From Gammaproteobacteria bacterium (GTDB taxonomy: Bacteria > Pseudomonadota > Gammaproteobacteria > UBA6429 > Thiohalophilaceae), in the NCBI GenBank assembly GCA_048061315.1, contig JBGMRJ010000005.1:1-57153 (forward strand): 57,153 nucleotides of DNA, in the 5' to 3' direction. This document shows positions 56,817-57,153 of this stretch, one piece after another (positions within the stretch are counted from its first letter, which is position 1; each line of letters opens with the position of its first letter). Under the pieces are notes generated by a model. It searched no databases and was not told the origin of the DNA. It was given only the letters and a program-made list of their open reading frames with translations. The translations under genes were made by a program, and so were the position numbers.

Positions 56817-57043
56817 TGTCCCGTTAACATAACAAGATATTGATAAAACTGAAGCTTATGACTACGTTTGAAATGATTGCGACATCACCGGACATGAAAC
56901 GGGTACAGCCTACTAAAGACTCGCTATTCGCCATCCCTGGCCGCTCGACTGCTTCATCCTTGAAGCAGACGGTCTTTAGTAGGCTGTACCCGTTCCATAT
57001 CCTGTCTTTATGTGCTCGTTGAAAAGTTAACGGGACGGCAGTG
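56817..57043 (-). repeat. Structured GC-rich repeat element, copy B (inverted relative to copy A)
   Basis: Perfect 11-bp terminal inverted repeats GTCCCGTTAAC (56818-56828) / GTTAACGGGAC (57026-57036). The 31-bp stem pairs 56890-56920 with 56972-57002. The 28-nt bulge is identical to that of copy A. Confidence 0.8.
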
Positions 57044-57063
57044 ACCTTAATAATTAAAATAAT

Positions 57064-57153
57064 GAATAAGGTAAAAGGTGCTTTTTTAGGAATTATTTCC
57101 AGTTCGATTTTAGTGCCAGTTATCTGTTTTGCGGTGGAGCTCGATGATATTAA
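57064..57153 (+). CDS. Possible 5' end of an exported protein gene (runs off the window)
   Basis: ATG followed by MNKVKGAFLGIISSSILVPVICFAVELDDI, which is signal-peptide-like. Only 30 codons are visible and there is no obvious RBS. Confidence 0.3.

Noticed and set aside
56817-57043. Integron attC site interpretation (inverted ...GTTAAC ends)
   Set aside because: No intI integrase or cassette array is present. At about 225-270 bp the element is longer than typical attC sites, and GTTAACG does not fit the GTTRRRY core well.
1-57153. Search for CRISPR arrays, rRNA/tRNA genes, integrases, transposases and prophage blocks
   Set aside because: I saw no regularly spaced direct repeats, no rRNA- or tRNA-like sequences and no recombinase-like ORFs. 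The only repeat family found is the two-copy structured element reported above.

Overview
This is a 57.2 kb, AT-rich, densely coding chromosomal window, most likely from a gammaproteobacterium. FabA/FabB, TusE-like, YggX and YedK read as close E. coli-type homologues. I found no rRNA, tRNA, CRISPR array, integrase or transposase. Housekeeping genes (ispG, dinB, pepN, nadA, selO, lpxA-like, fabA-fabB, yggX, an IscA/HesB-type protein, apbE) are interleaved with many signalling genes: an MCP, a PilZ protein, a degenerate GGDEF protein, an FHA-class III cyclase, an Hpt protein and pseudo-receivers. Five things deserve a second look. (1) A roughly 230-270 nt GC-rich structured repeat occurs twice in inverted orientation (49805-50076 and 56817-57043). 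It has terminal inverted repeats, a 31-bp stem with three compensatory base-pair changes between the copies, strand-specific G-U pairs and a 28-nt bulge that is identical in both copies. No ORF explains it. (2) A nine-gene minus-strand operon (32925-40674) encodes two TPR lipoproteins, a small secreted protein, one ExbB/TolQ, two ExbD/TolR, a TonB-like protein and a PDZ protein. This content and order match the Agl-Glt core envelope motor, whose function outside myxobacteria is unknown. (3) A 1168-aa protein combines two cNMP-binding domains, a rhodanese domain, about 500 aa of coiled coil and a C-terminal membrane anchor. It lies 1.8 kb from an FHA-fused nucleotide cyclase. (4) A cysteine-less DsrC/TusE homologue is co-operonic with a four-cysteine protein that has a paralogue 2.6 kb away. 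(5) An ATP-grasp gene is paired with an AmmeMemoRadiSam-type radical SAM gene, without AMMECR1 or MEMO partners, just downstream of a HesB-like protein with a Gly/Cys-rich tail. All functional calls come from motif recognition by eye. No database search was run.
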